DNA of 64,000 nucleotides from Myxococcota bacterium (GTDB taxonomy: Bacteria > Myxococcota_A > UBA796 > UBA2385): NCBI GenBank assembly GCA_044344255.1, contig JBIJDH010000019.1:64001-128000 (forward strand), written 5' to 3'. The notes below the pieces were generated by a model, which worked only from the letters and a program-made list of their open reading frames with translations, was not told the DNA's origin and ran no database searches. Below, in pieces: positions 43,917 through 54,125 of this stretch. How positions within the stretch are numbered: position 1 is the first letter of the stretch; each line of letters opens with the position of its first letter. The position numbers and the translations under genes were made by a program.

Positions 43917-46121
43917 TCAAGCCCCCCGCGGGTCCTCGAGCGGGCCGGGCGCCTCCATCAGCCCCGGAGCCTCCAGCAGCCGGTCGGCGAGGCGGGTCCA
44001 GCGCTCATCCCCGCCGCGGGTGGTGACGGCGGTCTCGATGGCCCAGGGGTCTCCCACCACGCAGCAGAACTTCCGGGCGCGGGTGATGGCCGTATAGAGC
44101 AGGTTCCGCCGCAGCATGATGCGGTGGGAGCGGTGCATCGCCACGACGACCGCGGGGTACTCGCTCCCCTGGCTCTTGTGGATGGAGATGGCGTATGCGA
44201 GCTCGACGTCATCGAGCTTCTCACCGCTCACCTCCACCATGTGGCCCTCGAAGTCGATCAGCAGGGAGCGCTCCCGCGCCTCGACGATGCGCCCCGTCTC
44301 GCCGTTAAAGACCTCGTTGTCGTAGTCGTTGCGCACCTGGATGACGCGGTCCCCCTGGCGGTAGCGGCGCTCCCCGCGCTGGAGGGCGGGGCCGCTGGGG
44401 TTGAGCACCCCCTGGAGGCGCTCGTTCAAGGCCTCGGTGCCGAGCAGGCCGTTGTGCATGGGGGTCAGCACCTGCACGTCGCGGAGGGGGTCGAAGCCCT
44501 TGGCCGGCAGCCGTTTGGACACGATCTCCAGCAGGGCCGCCTGGGCCTGGAGCGCCTCCTCCCGCAGCACGATGAAGAAGTCCGGCGCCCCGGCCCCCTC
44601 CGGGGAGACGTCGCGCTCTCCGCTCTCGGGGGCCTCGCCGCCGTTGATGCGCCAGGCGTTACGCACGATGCCGGACAGGGCCGCCTGCCGGTAGACCTGG
44701 GTGAGCGTCGCCACCGGCACCTCGCCGGAGCTCACCATCTCACCCAGCACCCGCCCGGGGCCCACGCTCGGGAGCTGGTCGGCGTCGCCCACGAAGATGA
44801 GGCGGCAGCCGCTCGGCAGCGCGGCCAGCAGGCTCTCCATCAGGCGGATGTCCACCATCGAGGCCTCGTCTACGAGCACGGCCTGGGCGGGCAGGGGGTT
44901 GCGCAGGTCGCGGGTGAAGGCGCCCGTGCGCGGGTTGAACTCCAGCAGGCGGTGCAGCGTCTTCGCCTCCTGCCCGGTGGTCTCGGCGAGGCGGCGGGCG
45001 GCGCGGCCGGTGGGGGCGGTGAGCAGCCAGGCCTCGCCCCGCAGGGCCGCGAGGTGCACGAGGGCGCGGACGATGGTGGTCTTGCCGGTGCCCGGCCCGC
45101 CGGTGATCACGACGAGCCCGTGCTGGAAGGCCGCCTCGACCGCTCGCTTCTGGTCACTGTTCAGCGTGAGGCGGATCGCGGCCTCGGCCACCGCCACGTC
45201 GACGCGGGAGGGCCGCCCGGCGGCGACGAGGTCACGCAGCCCCTCGGCCACCCGCGCCTCGGCCCGCTCGAGCTCCGGGCTGTAGACGGGACGCCCCGCG
45301 GGGTCGGCGGCGGGGTGGACGACCACGCGGCCCTGCCGCTGGACCCGCAGCAGCGCGGCCGCGGCCTCCTCGCGGGGCACGGCGAGGTGGTTGGCCCGAG
45401 TCAGCAGCTCGCCCTCGGGCACGAAGCAGTGGCCCTGCCCCTCCGCCTCCTCGAGGAGGTAGACCACGGCCGCCTCCGCGCGGGCGGGGTCGCTCCGGCT
45501 GATGCCCTGGATGAGGGCGATGCGGTCGGCCGTGCGGAAGCCGACGCCGCGGATCTCCGAGGCCAGCCGGTAGGGCTCCTTCGAGACCACCCCCATCGTG
45601 CTCTTGCCGTAGCGCTCGAGGATGCGGTTCGCGAGGGCCTGTCCGATGCCGAGGCCGCGCAGCGAGGCCAGGACCTCGCGGTTCAGGCGGTCCTTGCTCC
45701 ACTGGGCGAGGATCTGCTCCGCCCGCTTGGGGCCGATGCCCGAGACCTCCTGGAGCTTCTCCGGCTCTTCGTCGAGGATGCGCAGGGTGTCGAGGCCGAA
45801 GCGGTCGACCACGCGCTTGGCGAACTCGGGGCCGAGCCCCTTGATGCTCGCGCTCGAGAGGTAACGCTCGAGGCCGAGGATCGTCTTTGGATCATCGACG
45901 AGGAGCTGGTCGACCTTGAAGCGCCGGCCGTATTGGCTGTGCTCTGTCCACTTCCCGACCATCGCGAGGTGCTGCCCCGCCGAGACGTGGCCGATCGGCC
46001 CCACGGCGATCACCTCGCGGCGGTCGGCCCCCCGCACGCGCGCGACCGCGAAGCCGCTGTCGGCGGCCTGGTAGGTGAAGCCGATGAGCTCCCCCTCCAG
46101 GCGGTCGTCCCAGGCGCTCAC
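43917..46121 (-). CDS. recD2: ATP-dependent RecD-like DNA helicase
   Basis: HhH GLGP/GIG, TGGPGTGKTT, APTGRAA, VDEASMVD, GDADQLPSVG, HKSQGSEY, LLYTAITRA. Confidence 0.95.
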   Translation of the reverse strand: MSAWDDRLEGELIGFTYQAADSGFAVARVRGADRREVIAVGPIGHVSAGQHLAMVGKWTEHSQYGRRFKVDQLLVDDPKTILGLERYLSSASIKGLGPEFAKRVVDRFGLDTLRILDEEPEKLQEVSGIGPKRAEQILAQWSKDRLNREVLASLRGLGIGQALANRILERYGKSTMGVVSKEPYRLASEIRGVGFRTADRIALIQGISRSDPARAEAAVVYLLEEAEGQGHCFVPEGELLTRANHLAVPREEAAAALLRVQRQGRVVVHPAADPAGRPVYSPELERAEARVAEGLRDLVAAGRPSRVDVAVAEAAIRLTLNSDQKRAVEAAFQHGLVVITGGPGTGKTTIVRALVHLAALRGEAWLLTAPTGRAARRLAETTGQEAKTLHRLLEFNPRTGAFTRDLRNPLPAQAVLVDEASMVDIRLMESLLAALPSGCRLIFVGDADQLPSVGPGRVLGEMVSSGEVPVATLTQVYRQAALSGIVRNAWRINGGEAPESGERDVSPEGAGAPDFFIVLREEALQAQAALLEIVSKRLPAKGFDPLRDVQVLTPMHNGLLGTEALNERLQGVLNPSGPALQRGERRYRQGDRVIQVRNDYDNEVFNGETGRIVEARERSLLIDFEGHMVEVSGEKLDDVELAYAISIHKSQGSEYPAVVVAMHRSHRIMLRRNLLYTAITRARKFCCVVGDPWAIETAVTTRGGDERWTRLADRLLEAPGLMEAPGPLEDPRGA

Positions 46122-46124
46122 GGG

Positions 46125-47660
46125 CTACCGCGAATAGACTTCGTAGCGCTCGATGTGGTAGGTGCCCATCGCCCGCACCACCAGCCGCTTCTGGAGCTTC
46201 TGCTCCAGCGTCTCGAGGCTCGCCATCTCCTCCCCGTACATCATGTCCGCCACCGTGGGGCTGGCGTTGACGTAGATGGTGGGGCGGGCCGGGTTGCGGT
46301 TGGCCTCGCGGCGGACCTCGCGCAGGATGTCGAAGACCACCGTGGTGCGGGAGCGGGTGTAGCCGCGGCCCTCACAGTAGGTGCAGGGCTCCGAGATGCT
46401 GCGGATGAGGTCGTCCTGCACCCGCTTGCGCGTCATCTCGACGAGGCCGAGCTCCGAGATGCGCAGCACGTTGGTGCGGGCGCGGTCCTTCTTCAGCTCC
46501 TCCTCGAGGGCCCGGTAGACACGGTCGCGGTTCTGCGCCTTCTCCATGTCGATGAGGTCGAGGACGATGATGCCGCCGATGTTGCGGAGGCGGAGCTGGT
46601 AGACGATCTCCTTGACCGCCTCGAGGTTGATCGCGAGGGTGGTGTCCTCGAGCGAAGTGTTGCCGACGAACTTGCCGGAGTTCACGTCGATCGCGGTGAG
46701 CGCCTCGGTCTGGTCGAGGATCAAGTAGCCGCCGCTCTTCAGCCAGACCTTGCGGCCGAGGCTGCGGATGATCTCCGTCTCGATGCCGAAGGTGTCAAAG
46801 ACGGGGTCGTTGCCGCGGTAGAGCTGCACCCGCTCGCGGAGCACGGGCATGAAGTCCTTCATGAACTCCATGACCTCGTCGAAGAGCGAGCGGTCATCGA
46901 CCACCATGCGCTCCACCTCCTCGTTGAAGGCGTCGCGGACGACGCGCAGCACGAGGTCGTGGTCGGCGTGGATGAGCGAGGGGGCGCGGGCGGTGGAGGC
47001 CCCCTCCTGGATCTTGGCCCAGGTGCCGATGAGGTAGTCGATGTCCTGCTTGAGCGCGGTCATCGGCTGGCCGTCGCAGACGGTGCGGACGATGAAGCCG
47101 GCGCCCTTGGGGCGGTTCTTCTCGACGAATTCGCGGAGCTTGCGGCGCTCGCGGTCGCGGTCGATGCGGCGCGAGATGCCCACGTGGTCGACCGTCGGCA
47201 TGAAGACCATGTACCGACCGGGCAACGTGATGTGGGTGGTGATGCGGGCCCCCTTGGTGCCGATGGGGTCCTTCGCCACCTGGACCATGATCTCCTGGCC
47301 CTCCTTGATGAGGTCCTGGATCGGCGGCTGGCCGGCGCGCGGCTGCGAGCGGGGCGCGGCCTCGGCGACCGTGGCCTCCGGATCGTCGATCTCCTCCTCG
47401 GGGCCCGCGTTGTCGATGAATTCCGGGTAGATGTCGCCGACGTAGAGGAAGGCGGCGCGCTCGAGCCCAATGTCGACGAAGGCCGCCTGCATGCCGGGGA
47501 GCACGCGCACGACCTTCCCGAAATAGACATTTCCGACTTGGCTCTTGTTGTCTCCTCGGTCGACGTGCAGCTCGGCGAGCTGCCCGTTCTCCATCAGCGC
47601 GACGCGGGTCTCCCTCCCGGTCCGGTTGACGATGATCTCGTTACCCAAAGCGTACTCCAT
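46125..47660 (-). CDS. rng: Ribonuclease G (Rne/Rng family, catalytic domain only)
   Basis: ETRVA, VLPGMQAAFVDIG, VQVAKDPIGTKGAR, IDVNSG, LRLRNIGGIIV.D, C..CEGRG; alternative TTG start at 47648 with GGAG. Confidence 0.95.
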   Translation of the reverse strand: MEYALGNEIIVNRTGRETRVALMENGQLAELHVDRGDNKSQVGNVYFGKVVRVLPGMQAAFVDIGLERAAFLYVGDIYPEFIDNAGPEEEIDDPEATVAEAAPRSQPRAGQPPIQDLIKEGQEIMVQVAKDPIGTKGARITTHITLPGRYMVFMPTVDHVGISRRIDRDRERRKLREFVEKNRPKGAGFIVRTVCDGQPMTALKQDIDYLIGTWAKIQEGASTARAPSLIHADHDLVLRVVRDAFNEEVERMVVDDRSLFDEVMEFMKDFMPVLRERVQLYRGNDPVFDTFGIETEIIRSLGRKVWLKSGGYLILDQTEALTAIDVNSGKFVGNTSLEDTTLAINLEAVKEIVYQLRLRNIGGIIVLDLIDMEKAQNRDRVYRALEEELKKDRARTNVLRISELGLVEMTRKRVQDDLIRSISEPCTYCEGRGYTRSRTTVVFDILREVRREANRNPARPTIYVNASPTVADMMYGEEMASLETLEQKLQKRLVVRAMGTYHIERYEVYSR

Positions 47661-48030
47661 GAGGCCGCCGGGGCGCCCGGCCAGGAGCGGGCGCGCGGGG
47701 GACCCACTGCCGCGAGGAGCGGGGGGCCCAACACACGGTCGGCGCGCGCCGGATACCGGCACCGCCAAGCGGCCTTTCGGGTTGGTAGGATGAAGTTCAA
47801 GTAGAAAAAAGCCAGATAGTTCGAAATTTCCAGACCCGGACCAAATGCGTCGGGGACGGAAGCGATGTGAGGATGCGTAGAAGCAGAGAAGCCAGGATGG
47901 GGGGATCAGAGAAGTGAGAAGAGGGATTCGGGGAAGGGGGGAGGACGCAGGTCCTCTGCTCCTCGGTCATGCCACGGCGAGCGGGTTTCGTCAACGCCAG
48001 GGGGCCGCTCCGTGGTACATCTCCGCCGTC

Positions 48031-50190
48031 ATGGCCTCCACCCTCCGCCCGCACCGCCTCCTCCCGCTCCTGGCCCTCGGCCTGCCGCTCGCCGCGGGCG
48101 CCGGGGGGCCGCCGGTCGATCCCTACGAGGAGACCGATGAGACCGAGCTCTTCCGCGCCGAGCAGAAGGTGGTCACCGTGGCCTCGCGCTACGCGCAGAC
48201 GGTCCGCCAGGCCCCGAGCATCGTCACCCTGATCACGGCGCTCGAGATCCGCAACCGCGGCTACCGCACGCTGGCTGATCTCCTCGCCGACGTGCCGGGC
48301 GTGCATGTCACGATGGCCAAGGAGGGGCGCTCCCTCGCCTGGTTCCGCGGGGTGATCAGCCCGGACAACAACAAGATCCTGCTGCTCGTAGACGGCGTGC
48401 CCTGGTACGACGGCGTCTACACCCACGCCTGGATCGACGACTACATCCCCCTCTCCAACGTCAAGCAGGTCGAGATTATCAAGGGCCCGGGCTCGGCGGT
48501 CTACGGCTCGAACGCCTTCGCCGGCGTGATCAACGTGGTCACCTTCGGCGCCAAAGACCTGCAGGGCGGCTTCGTCCGCGCCGAGGTGGGCAGCGACGGC
48601 CGCGGCAGCGTCTCGGCCATCGCCGCCGACCGCGTGGGCCTCCGCGGCACCGAGATCCAGGTCCGCAGCTTCGCCCGTTACCTCGACCTCGACGGCGACG
48701 GCATCAACCTCACGCCCAAGGGCGAGCCGAGCGTGGTCGGCACGAACCCCCGCCGCTCGATCAACGGCAGCTTCGGCCTCAAGGTGGGCGGGCTCGACCT
48801 CGGCGTCGACTTCGTCGACTATCGGCACACCTACTTCACGAACGCCCAGAACGACGCGTTCGACGTCCTCTTCCAGGACGACAGTCAATATCAGTTCGCC
48901 TACCGCAACCAATTCGTTCACGCGCGCTACGAGGCCTTCCTCGGCTCGCTGGGCACGGTCACGCCCTACGGCTACGCGCAGCGCTACGACAACCCGGGCC
49001 TCTACGCCTTCTTCCAGCCCACCACCACCGTCGAGAACGAGGACGGCAGCTTCACCACCGAGCTGCACAGCACCCTCGTCTCCGCCCAGAAGGTGACCGA
49101 GCGCTACGGCTTCGGCGCCGAGCTCCGCCTACACCCGAGCCCCGACCACACCACCGTCGGCGGGCTGGGCGGCGAGGCCACCCACGTCACCACCCTCGAG
49201 GACTTCCGCTTCGAGGACTTCGAGCCCGATCCGGTCACCCCCTCCGGCTTCCGCGTCGACGACGACCGCCGCGCCATCACCGACTTCTTCGCCTTCGCCC
49301 AGCACACCTGGACGACCACCTGGTGGATGGAGCTCACGGGCGGCCTGCGCGCCGACTACCAGAACTTCTACGGCTTCTTCTTGAGCCCGCGCGCCGGCGT
49401 CCTGCTCATCCCCACCGAGGACACCACCGTCAAGGTGCTCTACGGCCGCGCCTTCCGCGCCCCCAACGCCCGCGAGCTGCTCGTGGTGGTCGGCAAGAAC
49501 GGTGAAGGGAGCAATCTGTTCACCGCCGGCAACCCGGCGCTCCAGCCCGAGTCGATCGACACCATCGAGACCGAGCTCACGCTCACCCCCATCTCCCGGC
49601 TCGAGCTGCGCACGGCGGCCTTCGGCTCCTTCATCCAGGACGAGATCAACACGATCTCCGGCAACGACCCCGTCCTCGGCGACTACTACGTCACCAACCG
49701 CGGCGAGTCGAGGGCCTTCGGGGCCGAGGCCGAGGTGAAGGCGACGGTGGCCACAGTGGAGCTGGGGGCCGACTACGCCTGGACTCACGCCATCGACACC
49801 GACACCGAGTTTCGCCAGTACGGCGTGCCGGTGCACATGGCCCACGCCCGCGCCACCTGGACGGTCACCAAGGGCCTGCGCCTCGCCGCCCTCGGCAAGT
49901 TCGTCGGCACGCAGCCCAGGGCCGAGTGGAGCCCCGACGCCGGCCTGCCCGACGGCGAGCCCTACGCGACCATCGACCTCGCCGCCTCCACCGACGTGCT
50001 CGCCAACGACCGGCTGCGGGTCGACCTCAGCGTCCACAACGTCGTGGACAACAACACCGAGCACCTCATCTACCTCGACGACGCCAACGCCACGACCACC
50101 GACGACGCGGGCGCCGTGGTGGCGAAGTACCCCTACGACATCCAGGCCGAGGGCCGGGTCTTCACGGCCGCCGTCGAGATGCGCTTCTGA
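48031..50190 (+). CDS. TonB-dependent outer membrane receptor
   Basis: Signal peptide, VTVASR..Q....AP, plug IEIIKGPGSAVYGSNA.AGVIN, FRAP, NP.LQPE, C-terminal Phe. Confidence 0.9.
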   Translation: MASTLRPHRLLPLLALGLPLAAGAGGPPVDPYEETDETELFRAEQKVVTVASRYAQTVRQAPSIVTLITALEIRNRGYRTLADLLADVPGVHVTMAKEGRSLAWFRGVISPDNNKILLLVDGVPWYDGVYTHAWIDDYIPLSNVKQVEIIKGPGSAVYGSNAFAGVINVVTFGAKDLQGGFVRAEVGSDGRGSVSAIAADRVGLRGTEIQVRSFARYLDLDGDGINLTPKGEPSVVGTNPRRSINGSFGLKVGGLDLGVDFVDYRHTYFTNAQNDAFDVLFQDDSQYQFAYRNQFVHARYEAFLGSLGTVTPYGYAQRYDNPGLYAFFQPTTTVENEDGSFTTELHSTLVSAQKVTERYGFGAELRLHPSPDHTTVGGLGGEATHVTTLEDFRFEDFEPDPVTPSGFRVDDDRRAITDFFAFAQHTWTTTWWMELTGGLRADYQNFYGFFLSPRAGVLLIPTEDTTVKVLYGRAFRAPNARELLVVVGKNGEGSNLFTAGNPALQPESIDTIETELTLTPISRLELRTAAFGSFIQDEINTISGNDPVLGDYYVTNRGESRAFGAEAEVKATVATVELGADYAWTHAIDTDTEFRQYGVPVHMAHARATWTVTKGLRLAALGKFVGTQPRAEWSPDAGLPDGEPYATIDLAASTDVLANDRLRVDLSVHNVVDNNTEHLIYLDDANATTTDDAGAVVAKYPYDIQAEGRVFTAAVEMRF

Positions 50191-50220
50191 GCCGCCTCGG
50201 CCGCGGTCCGTACACGTCGG

Positions 50221-51489
50221 TCAGTACACGTCGGTCAAGTAGGTGATGCCGAGGCACATCTCATCGCCGGTGCCCTCGCCCCACTGGGCGTCCTGGTCGG
50301 TGGTGTTGTCCCAGCTACACTCGAGGCGGAACACGTCGCCCTGCTGCACCTGGACGGGCTCCTCCATCCAGTAGGTGCGCTGCCAGGCGAAGTCCCAGTC
50401 GGAGATGCTGGCCATGCAGGTCTCCGTACCGTCGGCGTGGGCGATGCTCATCCTCGCGGTGCGGCCCATCTGGTGCATGTGCAGCGCGCTCGAGTGGAGG
50501 AAGAAGCCGCCGTCTCCCGCCGAGATCGGGTACTCGAAGGTGTGCGACACCCCCGCCTCGCCGGCGGGGATCTCCATGCCGTTGCCCATCACCCAGGCGA
50601 TGTCGGTCCAGGGCTGGATGTAAGCGCCGTGCTCCACCGAGTCTTCGAGCTGGAGGTCGATGGTGGTGAGGTCTTCGCCCGTGGTGGTCGCGGTGTTGTA
50701 GTGCATCTGCATGACCACCAGCGAGCCCGGCTCCATGCGGATCCCCGTGCCCTCGGGGAAGACGTTGGTGCCGCCGCCGGGGGCCCAGGAGCCCAGCCAG
50801 CCCGTGTTGGAGAGGGACTCGATCGAGTCGGGGCCGGGGCCGCCGTAGCAGGTGTAGCCGGGGGCGGGATCGGCCTCGTCGAGGGCGCGGTAGGGGGCGT
50901 CATCGCCGGGCTCGACGATGAAGAGCACGACGTGGTGCAAGATCTCGAGGTTTCCGGGGCGGATGTCGAAGCCCGTCACGTAGCGGGCCGTGTCCCCCGG
51001 CCACTCGGCGAGGAAGCAGCGATAGTCGTCGGGCGCGGCCGTGGGCGTGTAGGTGATCGGCATCGGCAGCTCGAGGTCTACCCGCGCCAGCGCCTCGTCG
51101 CGCCAGGGCTCCACCGCGAAGTGGTCCGCGGGGTCGCCCTCGGGGCCGCCCGCCTCCGACCAGGCGACGATGGTGTCGATCTCCTCGTCGGTGAGCGAGG
51201 GGTCTCCCAGGTAGTCGTTGCAGCCGGGGTCAGCCTTCCAGGGCGGCATCCGGCGCGTCACCACCGAGGCCGCCACCGCCTCGCGGATGGCCTTCACCGC
51301 CTCGTAGTCCGAGAGCGGGAAGCCCCCGATCTCCCCCGCGGTGTGACAGCCCACGCAGCGCGAGGCCACGATGGGCTCGACGTCGCCGTACCAGGTGGGT
51401 GCGTCGGGATCCGCGCTCGCCGGCGCGCTGTCGCCGCTCTTCGAGTCGGAGCCAGAGCCAGAGCAGGCGGCGAGCAGGAGCCAGAGCAT
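50221..51489 (-). CDS. Lipoprotein: c-type heme domain plus copper type II ascorbate-dependent (PHM/DBH-like) monooxygenase
   Basis: LAAC lipobox, CVGCH..MPP, DDYRCF, LHH, MHY, LHMH, WDF.WQ, DEMC. Confidence 0.85.
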   Translation of the reverse strand: MLWLLLAACSGSGSDSKSGDSAPASADPDAPTWYGDVEPIVASRCVGCHTAGEIGGFPLSDYEAVKAIREAVAASVVTRRMPPWKADPGCNDYLGDPSLTDEEIDTIVAWSEAGGPEGDPADHFAVEPWRDEALARVDLELPMPITYTPTAAPDDYRCFLAEWPGDTARYVTGFDIRPGNLEILHHVVLFIVEPGDDAPYRALDEADPAPGYTCYGGPGPDSIESLSNTGWLGSWAPGGGTNVFPEGTGIRMEPGSLVVMQMHYNTATTTGEDLTTIDLQLEDSVEHGAYIQPWTDIAWVMGNGMEIPAGEAGVSHTFEYPISAGDGGFFLHSSALHMHQMGRTARMSIAHADGTETCMASISDWDFAWQRTYWMEEPVQVQQGDVFRLECSWDNTTDQDAQWGEGTGDEMCLGITYLTDVY

Positions 51490-51648
51490 GGGTCACCGGA
51501 GCGCGGGGGAGACGAACCGCGGTCGCCCTCGGCTAACCCGCCGGCGAGCCGCGGCGAAGGCGGCGACACCGCCGCCGAAGGCCCACCTGGGGGCTCAAGG
51601 GGACGCCTCCTGGGGACAAGGGGTCCACGCGCTCGCCACCTCGCAGAC

Positions 51649-51677
51649 TTGACCAGCTTGGTCAGGAGCGCTACGCT
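51649..51677 (+). promoter_or_regulatory. Sigma-70-type promoter with overlapping palindromic operator for the TA operon
   Basis: TTGACC-17 nt-TACGCT; inverted repeat TGACCA-GCT-TGGTCA at 51650-51664; ATG 6 nt after the -10 box. Confidence 0.75.
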
Positions 51678-51683
51678 CTCGAC

Positions 51684-51926
51684 ATGAACCCCGTGAACAT
51701 CTACGAAGCCAAGACCCACCTCTCTGAGCTGGTCCAGCGTGCTGCGGGCGGCGAAGAGATCGTGATCGCGCGCAACGGGAAGCCTGCCGCTCGACTGGTC
51801 GCGTTGGCGGCCCAGCCCGCGCGTCAGCCAGGCGGATGGGAGGGCCGGGTCTGGGTCTCGTCGGACTTCGAGGAAGCCGACGACACGATCGCTGCGCTCA
51901 TGCTCGGCGGCGACAACCCGGTATGA
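51684..51926 (+). CDS. Phd/YefM-family antitoxin
   Basis: VNIYEAKTHLSELV.RA..GEEIVIARNGKP.ARLV. Confidence 0.95.
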   Translation: MNPVNIYEAKTHLSELVQRAAGGEEIVIARNGKPAARLVALAAQPARQPGGWEGRVWVSSDFEEADDTIAALMLGGDNPV

Positions 51927-52300
51927 GGCTCCTGCTCGACAGCCACGTCTTCCTTTGGTGGAAGGCGGCGGACCCGCGCCTCTCCCCCCAGATGGTGCGC
52001 GCGATCGCGGAGGCAGACGAGGTCTACGTCAGCGCTGCCACGGCCTGGGAATTGGGCCTCAAGGTCAGCCTTGGGAAGCTCCGGCTCCCGGAGTCCGTGG
52101 AGGACGGCGTCGCGGCAGCGGGGTTCACGGAGCTCTCCGTCCAGTTCCGTCACACACGGGAGGCCATCGCCCTGCCGCTCCACCATCACGATCCCTTCGA
52201 TCGAATGCTCGTGGCTCAGGCCCGCTGCGAAGGTCTCACGCTGATGACACACGACGACAAGATCACCCGATATGAAGTTTCAATATTGCGCGTTTCCTGA
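51923..52300 (+). CDS. vapC: PIN-domain VapC toxin
   Basis: LLLDSHVFLW, S.A..WE..K...GKL, HHDPFDRMLVAQA, THD; ATGA overlap with the antitoxin. Confidence 0.95.
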   Translation: MRLLLDSHVFLWWKAADPRLSPQMVRAIAEADEVYVSAATAWELGLKVSLGKLRLPESVEDGVAAAGFTELSVQFRHTREAIALPLHHHDPFDRMLVAQARCEGLTLMTHDDKITRYEVSILRVS

Positions 52301-52316
52301 CCAGCCGAGCAGGCTG

Positions 52317-53000
52317 TTAAATGGAACAGCCGTCCGAGAGGCATGTGTAGCCTTCGCTCGAAGTGGAGGCACATTGTGGATAGCCGGGATCGAGGCAGTC
52401 GTCGCTCGTATGACAGGTATCCATTGCAGCGCGGCACGCGAGGGACCGTCTGCTGCCGCACCCGTCAGAGAAGGTAGAGTATCCGCACTGCCCAGATTCG
52501 CAGGAATCGTTCTCGGCACACGACGCGTAGATGCAGCCAGATAGCCCGAAGTTTCCGCTCAAACTGGAGGGAGCACAGATCTCAGTGGAGCTGGAGCCAT
52601 TGGAGGCACAGTCGGCGTCGGTCTCGCAGGCATAGACACAGCCGCAGTAGGTCTCGGTGAATTCAAAATTGGTCGATGAGATGCAGTGTCCATTGGGCCG
52701 CTCGGCGCAGTCTTCGTCTCCGGTGCACAGGAGGCGGTCCTCCGTGCCCTCGCAGGCCGACGCCGCGGTTCCTACGGAGACTGCCACAGCCGCACGTCGG
52801 TTGATCGCACCGTCCGCGCAACGCTCAAAGCCGGTGGGGGCGCCGCGGTCGTCGATGGAGGCGGGCGACTCGCAAGGAGGAGCGGTAGGGCCGGTCTCTT
52901 CGCCTCTCTCACCCTTCTCACAGGCCTCTGAGCCAATCGTAAGGAAGACGAGGAGGCAGAGGCGACCGAACGGACCGCAGGTGGAGACGGGCTCATGCAT
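52317..53000 (-). CDS. Cysteine-rich putative lipoprotein, lower GC
   Basis: Hydrophobic stretch ending EAC, repeated C..D.DC motifs; start uncertain. Confidence 0.6.
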   Translation of the reverse strand: MHEPVSTCGPFGRLCLLVFLTIGSEACEKGERGEETGPTAPPCESPASIDDRGAPTGFERCADGAINRRAAVAVSVGTAASACEGTEDRLLCTGDEDCAERPNGHCISSTNFEFTETYCGCVYACETDADCASNGSSSTEICAPSSLSGNFGLSGCIYASCAENDSCESGQCGYSTFSDGCGSRRSLACRAAMDTCHTSDDCLDPGYPQCASTSSEGYTCLSDGCSI

Positions 53001-53164
53001 GACCCATGATACGCCATCCGGTCGCTGAAACTTCCAACAGATCTGGTGCCATCTGTCTTGCTGGCACAATCGCAGCCCGGCCCACGTCAGCGAGACCCCC
53101 GGCCCTCCGCGGATCGCCCCGCGCCAACCCGCCTCCGCCCCCAGTCACTCGGCCTCTCAGCCCC

Positions 53165-54088
53165 TCAGCCATCCCGCATCCAGGCCACCGCCGCGGCGAG
53201 CCCCTCCGCGAGCGGCGTCTTCGGCGCCCAGCCGAGGACCTCGCGGGCGCGGGAGATGTCGGCGTGGGTGCGCGGCACGTCCCCGCGCTGCTCGGGGTGA
53301 CGCTCGACGGTGAGGGGGCGGCCGACGGCGACCGAGACCGCGGCGACGAGGCCGTCGAGGCTGATCGGCGCGCCGCCGCCGATGTTGAGCACAGCCCAGC
53401 GCTGGGGGCGGTCGATGGCGGCGAGGAGGGCGTCGACGGCGTCGTCAGCGTAGGTGTAGTCGCGGAGGCTGCTGCCGTCGCCGTAGAGGGGCAGGGGCTC
53501 GTGGGCCAGGGCCCGGCGGAGGAAGCGGCTGATCGCCATCGCCGGTCGCTGGCGCGGCCCGTAGACGGTGAAGAAGCGGAGGCAGGTGACCGGCACCGAA
53601 GAGCCCATCGCCGCGGCATAGCCAAGGAGCTCCCCCGCCTTCTTGGTCGCGGCGTAGGGGCTGTGCGGGGCGTCGGTGGGGTCCTCCTCACGGAAGGGGC
53701 CGCCGGCGCGGGAGCCATAGACCGAAGAAGAGCTGGCGAAGACCACCCGCGCCCCGAGGCGGCGGGCGGCCTCGAGGACGACGGCGGTGCCGTCGATGTT
53801 CACGGAGCTGTAGAGGAGCGGGTCGAGCAGCGACTCCCGCACCCCGGCCCGCGCCGCGAGGTGGACGATGACCGGCGCCCCCTCGGCCGCCGCGGTCACC
53901 GCGCCGAGGTCGCGGACGTCCGCGGGCACGAACTCTGCGTCGAGCCCGCGCAGGTTGTGCGCCTTGATCGCTGGATCGTAGGCGTCGTCAAGGTTGTCGA
54001 GCACGGTGACCGTGTCACCCCGCGAGAGCAGCCGCCGCACGAGGTGGGAGCCGATGAAGCCGGCGCCGCCAGTGACGAGCACCTTCAT
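53165..54088 (-). CDS. NAD-dependent epimerase/dehydratase (UDP-glucuronate 4-epimerase-like)
   Basis: TGGAGFIG, HLAARAGVR, ASSSSVYG, YAATK, RFFTVYGPRQRP. Confidence 0.9.
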   Translation of the reverse strand: MKVLVTGGAGFIGSHLVRRLLSRGDTVTVLDNLDDAYDPAIKAHNLRGLDAEFVPADVRDLGAVTAAAEGAPVIVHLAARAGVRESLLDPLLYSSVNIDGTAVVLEAARRLGARVVFASSSSVYGSRAGGPFREEDPTDAPHSPYAATKKAGELLGYAAAMGSSVPVTCLRFFTVYGPRQRPAMAISRFLRRALAHEPLPLYGDGSSLRDYTYADDAVDALLAAIDRPQRWAVLNIGGGAPISLDGLVAAVSVAVGRPLTVERHPEQRGDVPRTHADISRAREVLGWAPKTPLAEGLAAAVAWMRDG

Positions 54089-54125
54089 GCGCAGGCCCCC
54101 CGCGGATGGACCGAAGCCACCGGCC

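Noticed and set aside
44124..47804. 1226-aa plus-strand ORF
   Set aside because: Antisense to recD2 and rng
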